Assembly: GCA_046583355.1 (NCBI GenBank)
Contig: JAYGCM010000060.1
Span: forward strand, 1 to 36,871
Origin: Deltaproteobacteria bacterium
GTDB lineage: Bacteria > Desulfobacterota > Binatia > UBA12015
Reading direction: 5' to 3'
Length of the DNA: 36,871 bases
Made by a program: the position numbers and the translations under genes. Under the pieces are notes generated by a model, which saw nothing but the letters and a program-made list of their open reading frames with translations, made no database searches and had not been told where the DNA came from. Positions 1 to 9,578 of the stretch are shown here, piece after piece. Each line of letters opens with the position of its first letter. Within the stretch, counting starts at the first letter, position 1.

Positions 1-2
1 AT

Positions 3-2495
3 GGCCTGGGCTACTACGCCGCGCGCACGGCCGGCGTGACCGGCAGCGGCATCACCATCGCGATCCTCGATACGAATTGGGATTCCCTGAATCCGATCAT
101 CGCAGAAGGCGGCCATATCCCCGACGTCCCGGCCGATAATCGATTCAAGCATAAAACACAGGGTTCGAGCGATTTCTTTCAGGGCAACCCGAACGGCGAC
201 CCCGATGGAGAAGGCACGCGCGAGCATGGCACCGCCATTCTCGAAGTCCTCTACGAAATCGCCCCCGATGCCAATTTCCTCCTCTTCGGAATCAAAGGTG
301 TGGCAGGCATCGAGGCCGGAATTCGCCTCGCCGCCGAGCAAGGTGCGCATGTCATCGTCGTCGCCCTCTCCTATTTTGAGACCATGAGCGACCCCCTTGG
401 GTTCGCCGACGGCGGCACCAATCGGTTCACCGACGATATCGACTACGCGACAGCCGCAGGATCCATCGTGGTTGTCTCGGCGGGCAATGAGGCCGCGCGC
501 CACACCGAGGAGACCTTCGCCTCCTGTACCCAATGCACTCCCTGGGACACCACCGACGACGGGGTCTGCAATACCGCCAATGACGACAGCCGCTACCATA
601 CCTTTGTCTCCGACCTGCACGATCCGCTCCTGCCTCTTTATGACGCCGCCAGTTATACGATGCTCGATCTCGACTCGGGCTATATCGACCTCGACAACTT
701 CGAGGTCACCTGCATGACGGCCATTGAAGAGAGCCCCGATTGGGAGACGAACGATTTCAAGTATAAAGTATATGCGTTCCCCTACGACCACCCCTGTGAG
801 GACGGCAGTAACCCTTGCGATTATGAAGCACCGATCTGCCCGCGCGACGCGTATGCTGTCGTTGCGCCAGGCTTCGGGCTGGCGAAACCCCTGGGCCAAA
901 CCGCCACATTCACAGCCGATTTCTGGAATTACGAGGCGTATACCGTCGCGGTCTACCGCACCGGTTCGGCTCCGACGGATGTCTTCCCCAAATTCCGCGT
1001 GGCCTGTACGCCGGGGGTCGAATACGACCACCCCGACTTCGACAAAAACGATGTCCCTTCGCCCAGCAGCCTCACCGATCTGGCCGTGGTCGCCAATGCA
1101 TTGACGATCGCCGCCGGTGACGATATCGAGGTCGCGGAGTACAGCTCGCGCGGCCCCACCGGCGACCCCACCGGCCCGCAGAAGCCGGATCTGGCCGGCC
1201 CCGGCGACGTCCTGAGCTACACAGCCGATTATGCCGACTTCGATTATTCCGGCACCTTCCTCGGCACCTCGGCCGCCACCACACATGCGGCCGGCCTGGT
1301 CGCGCTGATCCAGAGCCGCCGCCTGAGCGACGGCGCCACGCTCTACACGGCGTCGGAACTGAAAGCGCAGCTTTTCGCGCACGCCACAGATATGGACGAC
1401 CCCGGCACCGATAACCTCAGCGGTGCTGGCTTCCTGCACCTGCCGGATTGGGTCGCCGATACCGGCCCCACGCCGAGTCCGACCCCCACCCCGACTCCGA
1501 CCCCGCCCCCAACTCCGACCCCGACCCCCACCCCGACCCCAACTCCGACCCCGACTCCAACCCCGACTCCAACCCCGACTCCGACCCCCACCCCAACACC
1601 CACCCCGACCAGCAGTACGGACGGCATGGCGCCCAATGATTTCGACGGCGACGGCGTCTCTGACCTCGCCATCTTCCGCGGTGGCGGCTGGCTCTTCTTC
1701 GACCACGAAACCAAAGCCGCATTGGGTGGCGTATGGACCGGCGCCGCGGCCGGCTGTATCCCCGCGCCCATGGACTTCGACGGCGATGGCACGACCGAAT
1801 TCTCCCTGCTCTGCGGCGGTGCCTGGCATTTCTACGACGAGTCCGGCGCCTACGAGAAGGGTATCTGGGTCGGCGACGTCGCTGGCCAAGTGCCGGTCCC
1901 CGACGATTACGACGGCGACGGCACAGACGATATCGTCGTCTTCCGCGGCGGTGCCTGGCTCTTCTTCGACTTCGCCACCGGCGCCGCCCTGCCCGGCTCG
2001 AACGTCTGGACCGGGCAGCCAGCTCATTGGCACGGCGGAACCTCCGTCCCTGTCCCCATGGACCACGACGGTGACGGTGACGCCGACTTCTCCGTCTACT
2101 CAGGCGGCCCGTGGCATTTCTTCAACGACAACGGCTCGTATCTGAAGGGCATCTGGGCCGGCGGCACTGCGGGCGACATCCCCGTCGCCGCCGACTACAC
2201 GGGCGATGGCCGCGACGACGTCATGGTCTTCAGCGGCGGCGCCTGGCAATTCTTCGATTGGGATACCGGCCTCTTCGTCCCCGGCAACAGCATCTGGACC
2301 GGCCTGCCCGCGCATTGGAACGGCGGCACCTCGCTTCCCGCACCGGTCGATTACGACGGCGACGGCGTCGCCGAACCAACCATCTTCGCCGGTGGCCCAT
2401 GGCACCTCTACGGCAACACGGGCAGCTATTACGGCGGCATCTGGACCGGAGGGGTCGCGGGCGACCTGCCCATCTCCGAACGCCTCCTGCCTTAG
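3..2495 (+). CDS. S8 (subtilisin-like) serine peptidase with Pro-Thr linker and C-terminal FG-GAP/VCBS-like repeats; 5' end lies outside the window
   Basis: Triad motifs AILDTNW (Asp), EHGTAILE (His), GTSAATTHAAG (Ser), oxyanion SAGNEA, plus YSSRGP and KPDLAGPG. The frame is open upstream of GTG36 to the window edge (GLGYYAARTAG), so the signal and pro-region are missing. Confidence 0.93.
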   Translation, partial: GLGYYAARTAGVTGSGITIAILDTNWDSLNPIIAEGGHIPDVPADNRFKHKTQGSSDFFQGNPNGDPDGEGTREHGTAILEVLYEIAPDANFLLFGIKGVAGIEAGIRLAAEQGAHVIVVALSYFETMSDPLGFADGGTNRFTDDIDYATAAGSIVVVSAGNEAARHTEETFASCTQCTPWDTTDDGVCNTANDDSRYHTFVSDLHDPLLPLYDAASYTMLDLDSGYIDLDNFEVTCMTAIEESPDWETNDFKYKVYAFPYDHPCEDGSNPCDYEAPICPRDAYAVVAPGFGLAKPLGQTATFTADFWNYEAYTVAVYRTGSAPTDVFPKFRVACTPGVEYDHPDFDKNDVPSPSSLTDLAVVANALTIAAGDDIEVAEYSSRGPTGDPTGPQKPDLAGPGDVLSYTADYADFDYSGTFLGTSAATTHAAGLVALIQSRRLSDGATLYTASELKAQLFAHATDMDDPGTDNLSGAGFLHLPDWVADTGPTPSPTPTPTPTPPPTPTPTPTPTPTPTPTPTPTPTPTPTPTPTPTPTSSTDGMAPNDFDGDGVSDLAIFRGGGWLFFDHETKAALGGVWTGAAAGCIPAPMDFDGDGTTEFSLLCGGAWHFYDESGAYEKGIWVGDVAGQVPVPDDYDGDGTDDIVVFRGGAWLFFDFATGAALPGSNVWTGQPAHWHGGTSVPVPMDHDGDGDADFSVYSGGPWHFFNDNGSYLKGIWAGGTAGDIPVAADYTGDGRDDVMVFSGGAWQFFDWDTGLFVPGNSIWTGLPAHWNGGTSLPAPVDYDGDGVAEPTIFAGGPWHLYGNTGSYYGGIWTGGVAGDLPISERLLP
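1466..1610 (+). repeat. Coding low-complexity (Pro-Thr)n linker repeat
   Basis: Degenerate CCN-ACN hexamer array translating to PTPSPTPTPT..., between the protease domain and the repeat domain. Confidence 0.95.
1627..2492 (+). repeat. Six FG-GAP-like repeats arranged as three two-repeat units
   Basis: Six D[FYH][DT]GDG motifs. Units alternate ...GGxW[LQ]FFD...WTG and ...GGxWH[FL][FY]...GIWxG. Confidence 0.85.
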
Positions 2496-2520
2496 CACTC
2501 CCCCCTCACCTCAACCGAAC

Positions 2521-2552
2521 GACGGCCACGACGAACCCTCGTCGCGGCCGTC
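2521..2552. terminator. Stem-loop between convergent genes, possible terminator
   Basis: GACGGCCACGACGA-ACCC-TCGTCGCGGCCGTC, a 14-bp stem with one mismatch (G-U pair on the minus strand). No clear U-tract. Confidence 0.5.
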
Positions 2553-2622
2553 CTCGTTTGAATTCGGTGCTATCGACACTCGTAGTAGAATCCTGGCGAG
2601 ATAGGCAGGCTAGAGTCCCGGA

Positions 2623-3441
2623 TCAGCGAATCTTGTCGGCGTTTTCAGGCGATAGCGGCGGCGGCAGCATGCCGCGAGGTGCCGCGTCGGTGGGGAATTC
2701 AACATGAGCGGCTCCCGGGGGCGCCTTGCGCAGGTCGAGGACCCATTGGTAGCCGTAGAGCTCCGGCGGGACGATCTTCGAGATCTGCAGACCGACGCGC
2801 GAGGCCTGGTTTTGTAGCCACATCCGATCGAAAATCACGGCGTTCGACGGGTCGATATCGTTGATGAAGAGCGCGTTCTGGAACTTCTGCATCATCGGGA
2901 AATCGTTTTTGTCGAACAGGAACCAGGTCGTGCGAGCTACGCCCTTGTCGGCCAGAACCCGGGCGACCTCGTCGAGATAAAATTCAGCGGAACGCTCGGT
3001 GATATGCGTGAAGACGCTCCAGGCGATCAACAGAGTGGCCGACGCGTCTGCCACCGGCAGAGGGGCATGCTCTACCCTTGAACCCGGGTTGAAGCCGAGA
3101 TTGTGCACATCGTGGTGGTGGAACGAAAAACCGGGGGCGGCAGGGGCGAGGTTCTCCTGGCACCAGCCGACCATGCCGCGGTGCAGGTCCACGCCGACGT
3201 AGCGCTCGGGGCGCGGGTCCTGAAGGATCAGGCGCCGCGCGATGCGACCGCAGCCACAACCGAAGTCCACGACGGATTCCCATGCCTCGAGCGGCATATC
3301 ATCGAAGAAGACCGCGCCGCTCGGGTTGTCGAATTCTGCGGTATCGGTCGGGCCAACGAGCTGTCGCATTTCGAGCGGCGGGAAGGCCAAGACATCCTTG
3401 CCACGGGAGAAGAGCCGATTTTTCCAGTTCGCGAGTCCCAT
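2623..3441 (-). CDS. Class I SAM-dependent methyltransferase
   Basis: Motif I VVDFGCGCGR, YVGVD, WSVFTH, YLDEVARVL. Lies 11 nt downstream of the glycosyltransferase gene on the same strand. Confidence 0.9.
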   Translation of the reverse strand: MGLANWKNRLFSRGKDVLAFPPLEMRQLVGPTDTAEFDNPSGAVFFDDMPLEAWESVVDFGCGCGRIARRLILQDPRPERYVGVDLHRGMVGWCQENLAPAAPGFSFHHHDVHNLGFNPGSRVEHAPLPVADASATLLIAWSVFTHITERSAEFYLDEVARVLADKGVARTTWFLFDKNDFPMMQKFQNALFINDIDPSNAVIFDRMWLQNQASRVGLQISKIVPPELYGYQWVLDLRKAPPGAAHVEFPTDAAPRGMLPPPLSPENADKIR

Positions 3442-3452
3442 TCGTAGTGGAA

Positions 3453-6131
3453 CTACACCCGGCTTCGCAGAATCGCCAAACGCTCGCAGACGGCGGCGCC
3501 CACAGCGGCAGGCCCATAGAGCCGACGGATGTCTCCAGCGGCGACCGCCGCCTTCCCGCCTGCCTCGTCCGGTTCATCGACAATGCGGCGCAGAAGCGAC
3601 GCGAGGTGGCCCTCGTCGGGCTGGGCCCAGGTGCGGCCGGCGCGGTAGGGGCCGTAGTCGCGTTCGAGTTCTACGGGCTGGTAGTCGATCAGATAGCTAT
3701 TGGCCGGGTTCATGAAGTCGACGTTCGCTGAGTAGCCCGTGCCGATCGTGGGCTTGCCGAGAAACATCGCCTCGGCGAGCGAGAGCCCGAAGCCCTCGCA
3801 GCGATGCGGCGACACGTAGGCGTCGCAGGCGTCGATCAAACCGATCATCGACGCACGGTCGAGATTGTCTTCGAGCAGAATCCCCGAAACCGACGCGATC
3901 TCTTTGCGCAGCGTATCGACGAAGCCCTCCTCCATGCCCAGCTGCGCGGCCACTTCCTTCGCGCGCTTGAGGTTGTTGATCTTCAGAACCAAGCAGGCTT
4001 CGTTCGACGCGGAACCAAAGGCCTGTCGGAAGGCACGTACGAGACCCAGCGGGTTCTTCCGCTCCGGGATACTCAGCGCGTCGAACGCATAAAGGAATAC
4101 CTTGCGGTCATCCGGCAGACCGAAGTCGGCGCGACCGGGCCGGCGTTGTTCCGGCAGGTCGATGACCGGCCGCATCCGCACCACGGGAATCGGCGAGATG
4201 GCTGCGATCGTCGCCTGGCCGAACTGGCTCGCGACCCAGATCTCGTCGAATAAGGCGAAGCGATCTGTCCATTCCTCCGGGAACGTGTCCAGTTCCCAGA
4301 ACCAGAAGCCGACCGAACGGCGGTTCGCAAAGAATGCGTCGCCCAGCTGCTCGGCGACGACGGGCACCTGGTCGGCGTTGACGTGCATCAGGTTCACGTC
4401 AAAGGGCGCGCCGGGCTGGGCGGCGCCGCTGTCGAAGGCCATTTTGCGGGAGACGTCGCCCAATTCGATCGTCGTATAGGCAGCCGCGGCGCCGGCTGCG
4501 TTGACGGCTCGGAGCATCCCGCGGCCGACCTCGCCGACCCCTGTTTCCGATCCGAGATAGCCGACGACATTGATGCCCGGCGGCAGCGCGACCGCCGGGA
4601 CGATTCCTTGCGCTTCGACAGCCGAGTGCGGCGCCGGAACGACCGCCTGTGTCGCCCGCGAGCGCCCTGATACGAGACGGAACAGGGCCCGGCGGAGGGC
4701 CGCACGCTGCCGCGGCGGCAGGACCATCTTCATTTTCTGCACCTGCGGCATGCCGGAGGCGCGCACGAGTGCGACATGCGCCTGCGCGCGCAGGCGCGTC
4801 ATCAACAGCGCGGCCTGTGGCGCTTCATCCGCAGGTTTGCCAGCGGGCGCCGGCATGGCTGGCGAGGCGGATTGGTTCGTCAGGTACTGCTCGAGTCCGT
4901 CGGCCATCGGCTGGATGAAGATCTCGGCAAGGCTGTGCGCACGGGCGGCTTCCTGGACGAACCATGCAACGAAAGCATGCCGGTCCTGGCTGAAAACGTC
5001 CGGGAAGGCGCGCCGCAGGTCCGCGCGGATCCGGTAGATCTCCATCGCCAGCCGCGTGATGAGCAACGCGTGTCCGGTCGATTCTTCCGCGGGCTCGTTC
5101 AACCACGCGCGGAACGAATTCGGCCCGGACACGGCGAACGGGGTCGGCCAACGCGTGTCGCTGCCCGGCTCGTCCGACCATAGGTGGCGCGCAACGTCCG
5201 GAACGAGCACGCCGTCGTCAAAGTAGCCGAACGCGTAAGGAATCTTCGAAACCTCTTCAAAGCCATTGCGCAACAGCCGCTTCCGGTAGTCCCAGAAAAG
5301 CGCCTGCTCGTCGCCGAGGTCGACCAGCCGGAAGCGGTTCTGATGTTTCGAGACCACCTCGACGGCCTGCGGGGAGAAACCGCTGAAGTGGAAGAATTTG
5401 AGCGGCACATGGTTGACGCAATACGCGCCCTCGCGCTCGACGACCTTGCGGTGCCCCAAGTTCCAATAGGCAACATTGTAGCCGGGGTCGCGGCTGATCT
5501 CGACACCAGTGAAAAGTGACGGCGCGAAGTCGATCCAGCGCTGATCGACAAAAATCCCACGCGCCACGTCAACCGAACACTCGGCCAGCAGCTTTTCTTC
5601 CCACCAACGGAGTAAATCGTCGGCCGACTGCCCCGACGAGACGCCGATGAAACCAAGGTTGTAAGTACCCGCTTGCAGGATATTGAGTTCGGTCGGCAGC
5701 TTGTCGTCGCCGAGCGGCGCCAGAAGATGCGGCGTCAGGAAGACCTCGCTCGTGTCGAGGGCGCGCGAGAGCTCGTCCAGCCGGCGGTAGATGATGATAT
5801 CCGGATCGAAATAACATACCTTCGCCAGGCCGTGCTCGCGCATGAGGTAGCGCAGGAAAGTTGGCTTTACGGCCGTGTTGAACTCCGTCACCGAGCTGCG
5901 AAACGAGAGGGCATCGAGGTTCGGGAGGCCCAGCTCCTCGACCGTCGTCAGAACGAAGCGATCGTCGGACAGGTCGACTGCCTCGGGCACGCGATCAACC
6001 AGCAGCACGAAGGCACGGCCATCCGGATGGTGCTCAAGATAGGACTCGATCAGGCTCCGGGCATGCGCGAAGTAGTTCGCCGAAACAATCGTGCAGATCG
6101 AAACCGCATCGGTGCGAGCAGGTTCACTCAC
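3453..6131 (-). CDS. Two-domain glycosyltransferase (N-terminal GT-A-like domain, C-terminal GT4)
   Basis: N-terminal CTIVSANY, TAVKP, YFDPDI, YNVAYWNL, FFHFSG. C-terminal ERKNPLG and YVSPHRCEGFGLSLAEAM (GT4 E-x7-E). GGAGG RBS upstream of the GTG. Confidence 0.9.
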   Translation of the reverse strand: MSEPARTDAVSICTIVSANYFAHARSLIESYLEHHPDGRAFVLLVDRVPEAVDLSDDRFVLTTVEELGLPNLDALSFRSSVTEFNTAVKPTFLRYLMREHGLAKVCYFDPDIIIYRRLDELSRALDTSEVFLTPHLLAPLGDDKLPTELNILQAGTYNLGFIGVSSGQSADDLLRWWEEKLLAECSVDVARGIFVDQRWIDFAPSLFTGVEISRDPGYNVAYWNLGHRKVVEREGAYCVNHVPLKFFHFSGFSPQAVEVVSKHQNRFRLVDLGDEQALFWDYRKRLLRNGFEEVSKIPYAFGYFDDGVLVPDVARHLWSDEPGSDTRWPTPFAVSGPNSFRAWLNEPAEESTGHALLITRLAMEIYRIRADLRRAFPDVFSQDRHAFVAWFVQEAARAHSLAEIFIQPMADGLEQYLTNQSASPAMPAPAGKPADEAPQAALLMTRLRAQAHVALVRASGMPQVQKMKMVLPPRQRAALRRALFRLVSGRSRATQAVVPAPHSAVEAQGIVPAVALPPGINVVGYLGSETGVGEVGRGMLRAVNAAGAAAAYTTIELGDVSRKMAFDSGAAQPGAPFDVNLMHVNADQVPVVAEQLGDAFFANRRSVGFWFWELDTFPEEWTDRFALFDEIWVASQFGQATIAAISPIPVVRMRPVIDLPEQRRPGRADFGLPDDRKVFLYAFDALSIPERKNPLGLVRAFRQAFGSASNEACLVLKINNLKRAKEVAAQLGMEEGFVDTLRKEIASVSGILLEDNLDRASMIGLIDACDAYVSPHRCEGFGLSLAEAMFLGKPTIGTGYSANVDFMNPANSYLIDYQPVELERDYGPYRAGRTWAQPDEGHLASLLRRIVDEPDEAGGKAAVAAGDIRRLYGPAAVGAAVCERLAILRSRV

Positions 6132-6354
6132 GTACGTTCCACCTCCGACCCGCCTGACAGCCTCGCATCGCAGGGGATGTAGCGATGTCGGGCACAGGAT
6201 GCGACCGCAGGGCTCGGCATGGCTGGCGAACCAAGCGCCGCACGGCGCTTGCCGCCACCACCGCCAGCGGATAGCCAGCAGAGAAGGTGTCCGCCCTTTC
6301 GATCAAAACACGGCCGACGCCGCGGCCGTGCAACTTCCGGAGGCGCGGCTGCCT

Positions 6355-7341
6355 GTGAACGCCGGCATCGTCGTGCTTGCCTGGAATGGAGCCGACCAGA
6401 TCGGCGCCTGTCTCGAAGCCGTTCTCGCGTGCGAAGGGGAGCCTTCCGACATCATCGTCGTCGACAATGGTTCCACCGACGACTCACGCGAGGTTGCGAA
6501 GCTTGCCGCTCCCATGGCGAAACTCCTCGCGCTGCCCGAGAACCTCGGTTTCGCCGGCGGCATGAACGCCGGCCTGGACGATTTCCTCGGGCGGGAACAC
6601 GCCCCGGAAGTGCTGATCCTCTTGAACCAGGACACGGCCGTCGACCGCGGCTGGTATCAGGCGATCACCGCCCCCTTCGGGACCGCGGCCGATATCGGTG
6701 TCGTCGGCTGCAAGATCTACTACCCCGACGGCAAGACCCTGCAGCACGCGGGCGCTTCGATCGAGCCGGCGCGCGCCATCACGACCCATATCGGCGCCGG
6801 GGAGACCGATGCTGGCCGCTACGATGTAGCGCGGGATTGCGAGTACGTGACCGGTGCAGCAATGGCCGTGCGCAGCGCGGCACTCCGGAAGACGGGCCCG
6901 CTCGATGCCGGCTTCTTTCCCGCGTATTATGAAGAGGTCGACCTCTGTCTCAGGATGCGCGACGCGGGCTACCGGGTGCGCTACGAGCCGAGCGCCACCC
7001 TGCGCCACGCCGAATCGACCTCGTTGCCCGAGAATTTCCGCCGCTACGCCGTCGCGCACCGCAACCGGCTGCGCTTCGTGGTGAAGAACTACACCTGGCC
7101 GGACCTGTGGGAGACCTTCCTGCCCGCCGAGCGCGCACACGCCGCCGCGATCGGGCACGACCTCGAACTCGCAACGCTGCGCCAAGCCTACCTCGGAGCC
7201 ATCCTCGGGATGGAAGAGTGGATCATCGCGCGGCGCACACGCCACGAGGTGAGCGATGAGCAGGCCGCCGAACTGCGCTCGCTCTTCGGCGACCTGCGAC
7301 GAGAGATTGCACGCGACGACCCCAGCCGCCCCTGGTGGTAG
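6355..7341 (+). CDS. GT2 family glycosyltransferase
   Basis: IVVLAWNG, VVDNGSTD, NLGFAGGMN, LLNQDT, YYEEVDLC. Start moved from 6091 to GTG6355 because GGAGG sits at 6339-6343 and the longer ORF overlaps the divergent gene. Confidence 0.9.
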   Translation: MNAGIVVLAWNGADQIGACLEAVLACEGEPSDIIVVDNGSTDDSREVAKLAAPMAKLLALPENLGFAGGMNAGLDDFLGREHAPEVLILLNQDTAVDRGWYQAITAPFGTAADIGVVGCKIYYPDGKTLQHAGASIEPARAITTHIGAGETDAGRYDVARDCEYVTGAAMAVRSAALRKTGPLDAGFFPAYYEEVDLCLRMRDAGYRVRYEPSATLRHAESTSLPENFRRYAVAHRNRLRFVVKNYTWPDLWETFLPAERAHAAAIGHDLELATLRQAYLGAILGMEEWIIARRTRHEVSDEQAAELRSLFGDLRREIARDDPSRPWW

Positions 7342-7394
7342 ACGTCGATCCGAGCGCGGTAGCCGGGCCGACACACGCCCGAACCCGCGGGCCC

Positions 7395-8063
7395 TCAGTG
7401 CGAGGGTGTACCGCGCCCCAACTCGAGGAGCTTCTCGGCCAGAGTCGTATCGGCTTCCGAAAGCTGGGCCGAGGTCGTCGTGACCACCTCACCGAGCCGG
7501 GCGATACGTTCCCCGAGTCGCTCGAGCTCGCGGTTCAACTCGCCGAGCCTCTCATCCCGTGGCCGGATCGCCGCGGCGAGGGCCTGCTCCATCAGCGTCT
7601 GCAACGCACTTCGGGCCTCGTCGAGGCCGCGCGTCGCCTCTTCCAGTTTCGCGAAGCGAGCTTCGACACCCTCCCGAACCTGCGTGAGCCCGTGCTGGGT
7701 CTCGCGAATCTCCCCCCGCAGCCCGCCGAATTGTTGCTCGTCCATCTGCCGCGCGATGCCTTCGAGAACATCGAGCCGAGCCTCCATCCCAACTCTCAGC
7801 TGGGTAAGGGAAGAACCCACCTCATCGGCAAAACCGAGCGACTCCGCACGACCTTCCCGAACCTCCTGCCGCAAGCCACTCATCTCTTCGCCACGCAACG
7901 CGCCGGCATCCGACAGCCGCCGCGACACCTCGCCGACAACCGTGTCAAGCTTCGAGACGTTTCCGTCGATCCGCTCAAGATGGGGACGAACGAGGGGCAT
8001 CAGCAGCCAATCGAAAACGAAGAAGCGCATCCGTTCTTTCCAGGAGACTGGCTCGGGCATCAC
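7395..8063 (-). CDS. Coiled-coil protein with short N-terminal hydrophobic segment
   Basis: FFVFDWLLMPLV followed by heptad-like Leu/Glu/Arg-rich helices. Lies within the glycosyltransferase cluster. Confidence 0.65.
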   Translation of the reverse strand: MMPEPVSWKERMRFFVFDWLLMPLVRPHLERIDGNVSKLDTVVGEVSRRLSDAGALRGEEMSGLRQEVREGRAESLGFADEVGSSLTQLRVGMEARLDVLEGIARQMDEQQFGGLRGEIRETQHGLTQVREGVEARFAKLEEATRGLDEARSALQTLMEQALAAAIRPRDERLGELNRELERLGERIARLGEVVTTTSAQLSEADTTLAEKLLELGRGTPSH

Positions 8064-8199
8064 GACACACCGTACCCGGCAGCGTGCCGGTTGGGAAGCG
8101 GCCGCCAGCGTCAGGCCCGCCGTGGCCCGATCGGCTCACAGCAGAAAAGACGCCTCGCGACCCTCTCCGCGAAAGGTCTCGTTTCCTCCGCCGGAACCC

Positions 8200-8227
8200 A
8201 GGCCCGGCCGAAAAGCGGGGCCTCTGG
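8200..8227. repeat. Degenerate short copy of the inverted-repeat element end, forming a hairpin just after the GT4 stop
   Basis: AGGCCCGGCCGAAAAG at 8200-8215 is identical to the element end at 29628-29643 (reverse complement) and is followed by CGGGGCCTCTGG. Confidence 0.5.
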
Positions 8228-8228
8228 T

Positions 8229-9485
8229 TCAGGGCGAGGTAGCCGCGCGCTGGTAGGCCAGGCGAAAACGCTGCGTTACGGCGGCCCAGGAGTGGCTCTC
8301 TTCGACCCGTGCTCGGCCCGCAGCGCCAAAGGCGGCGCGCCTATCAGGCGACTCGAGCAACTTGGTGAGGCCATTGGCCAGAGCCGCACGATCGCCGGGA
8401 GGAATCAGCAAGCCCGTCCGACCATCCTCCACAACATCCTCGACGGCGGGAATGCGGCAGCCAACCACTGCTTTGCCGGCGGCCCAGGCCTCCAGATAGG
8501 CGAGCCCGAAGGACTCGAAGCGCGACGGGTAGGCGAGAATATCGATTGCCGCGAAGAGGTCGGGCTTCGCGCTCTCCGGGAAGTCGGGGCGAAGGTGCAG
8601 CTGCGCCTGGTGCTCGGAGGGCAGGCGGGCGCGGAGGCGGTCGATCTCCGGCTGAAAGGTCGTCGTTGCCCCGGCGATCAGGCAATGCGCTTCGGGGTGT
8701 TTCTGCCAGATCTGCGGCAGAGCCTGCAAAAGAAGATCGACGCCCTTATGCGGAGCAAGTTGGCCGAGGAAGCCGATCAGGGGAGTGCGCTCCGCGAGAC
8801 CGAGTTCGGCTCGGACCTTTCCTCCATCGGCCGCTGCGAAGCGTTCCAGGTCGACACCAAGGCCGATCGTTTCCGTACGTTCGGGAACAGCACCATTTGC
8901 CAGGACATGCTGACGTTCATAGTCGGTGTAGGCGATATAGCGATCGGCCGCGCGGATGGCGCGGTAGATACGCGCACGGTCAAAACCCCAGCGATCGTCC
9001 GGATGCAGCGCGCCGAGAAGAACGCAGGCCTTGCCGCTTGCCCTTGCCGCGTCAAGAGCCGTGTACATATGCAGCAAGGGGAACGAAGAGGCGACAACGA
9101 CGTCGGCATCGTGCTCGCGGATTGCACGCGCAAGGCCTGGCAGGATCGGGCCCTGGAAGAACGTGCGAAGCGTTTCGTTACCGGGCAGGCGCAGACGCCA
9201 GGCGACGCGTTGTAGCTGGGCCAGCGCCGAGCCGGCCGCGCGGAAGCTACGGAAGCGACGCACCTCGACGCCTTGGTCGATATGGCTGCCGGTCGCGAGA
9301 CGCGGCAGGTCCGGACGCGCAAAGGCCTCGGCACTGAGCGCGTCGGAAGTGAAAACACTCACGCGATCGCCGTGGTCACGAACCAGCCGCCGCGAGAGTT
9401 CCGCGATCACCTTCTCCGTACCGCCGATGGCGGGTGGGTAGGCCTGCACGATGTGCAGGATCCGGAGGCGTTGCTCACCCGACAT
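8229..9485 (-). CDS. GT4 family glycosyltransferase
   Basis: LRILHIVQAYPPAIGGTE, GQLAPHKG, PSRFESFGLAYLEAW. Confidence 0.93.
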   Translation of the reverse strand: MSGEQRLRILHIVQAYPPAIGGTEKVIAELSRRLVRDHGDRVSVFTSDALSAEAFARPDLPRLATGSHIDQGVEVRRFRSFRAAGSALAQLQRVAWRLRLPGNETLRTFFQGPILPGLARAIREHDADVVVASSFPLLHMYTALDAARASGKACVLLGALHPDDRWGFDRARIYRAIRAADRYIAYTDYERQHVLANGAVPERTETIGLGVDLERFAAADGGKVRAELGLAERTPLIGFLGQLAPHKGVDLLLQALPQIWQKHPEAHCLIAGATTTFQPEIDRLRARLPSEHQAQLHLRPDFPESAKPDLFAAIDILAYPSRFESFGLAYLEAWAAGKAVVGCRIPAVEDVVEDGRTGLLIPPGDRAALANGLTKLLESPDRRAAFGAAGRARVEESHSWAAVTQRFRLAYQRAATSP

Positions 9486-9578
9486 GCAGGGTCCGTGATG
9501 AACCCGCGCGGCGACGATCTGTCAAGACTCGCGGCGCGCTCGATCGGCCCGTCGAGAGTACGATGCTCGTCACCATCC

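Noticed and set aside
1466..1610. Tandem repeat as a CRISPR array or non-coding VNTR; (GV)n ORF 1343..1792 on the minus strand
   Set aside because: It is a 6-nt period with wobble-position variation encoding Pro-Thr in the protease frame. There are no spacers or cas genes, and the GV ORF is its antisense shadow.
2610..2624. CTAGAGTCCCGG as another element end
   Set aside because: Only a partial match, lacking GCCGAAAA and any partner end.
6250..6268. ops/JUMPStart element upstream of the glycosyltransferase
   Set aside because: The minus strand has GGCGGTGG rather than GGCGGTAG and lacks the downstream TG, which is too weak in GC-rich DNA.
7335..9215. 626-aa plus-strand ORF
   Set aside because: Antisense shadow of the coiled-coil and GT4 genes with no recognisable motifs. 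Long shadow ORFs are expected at this GC content.
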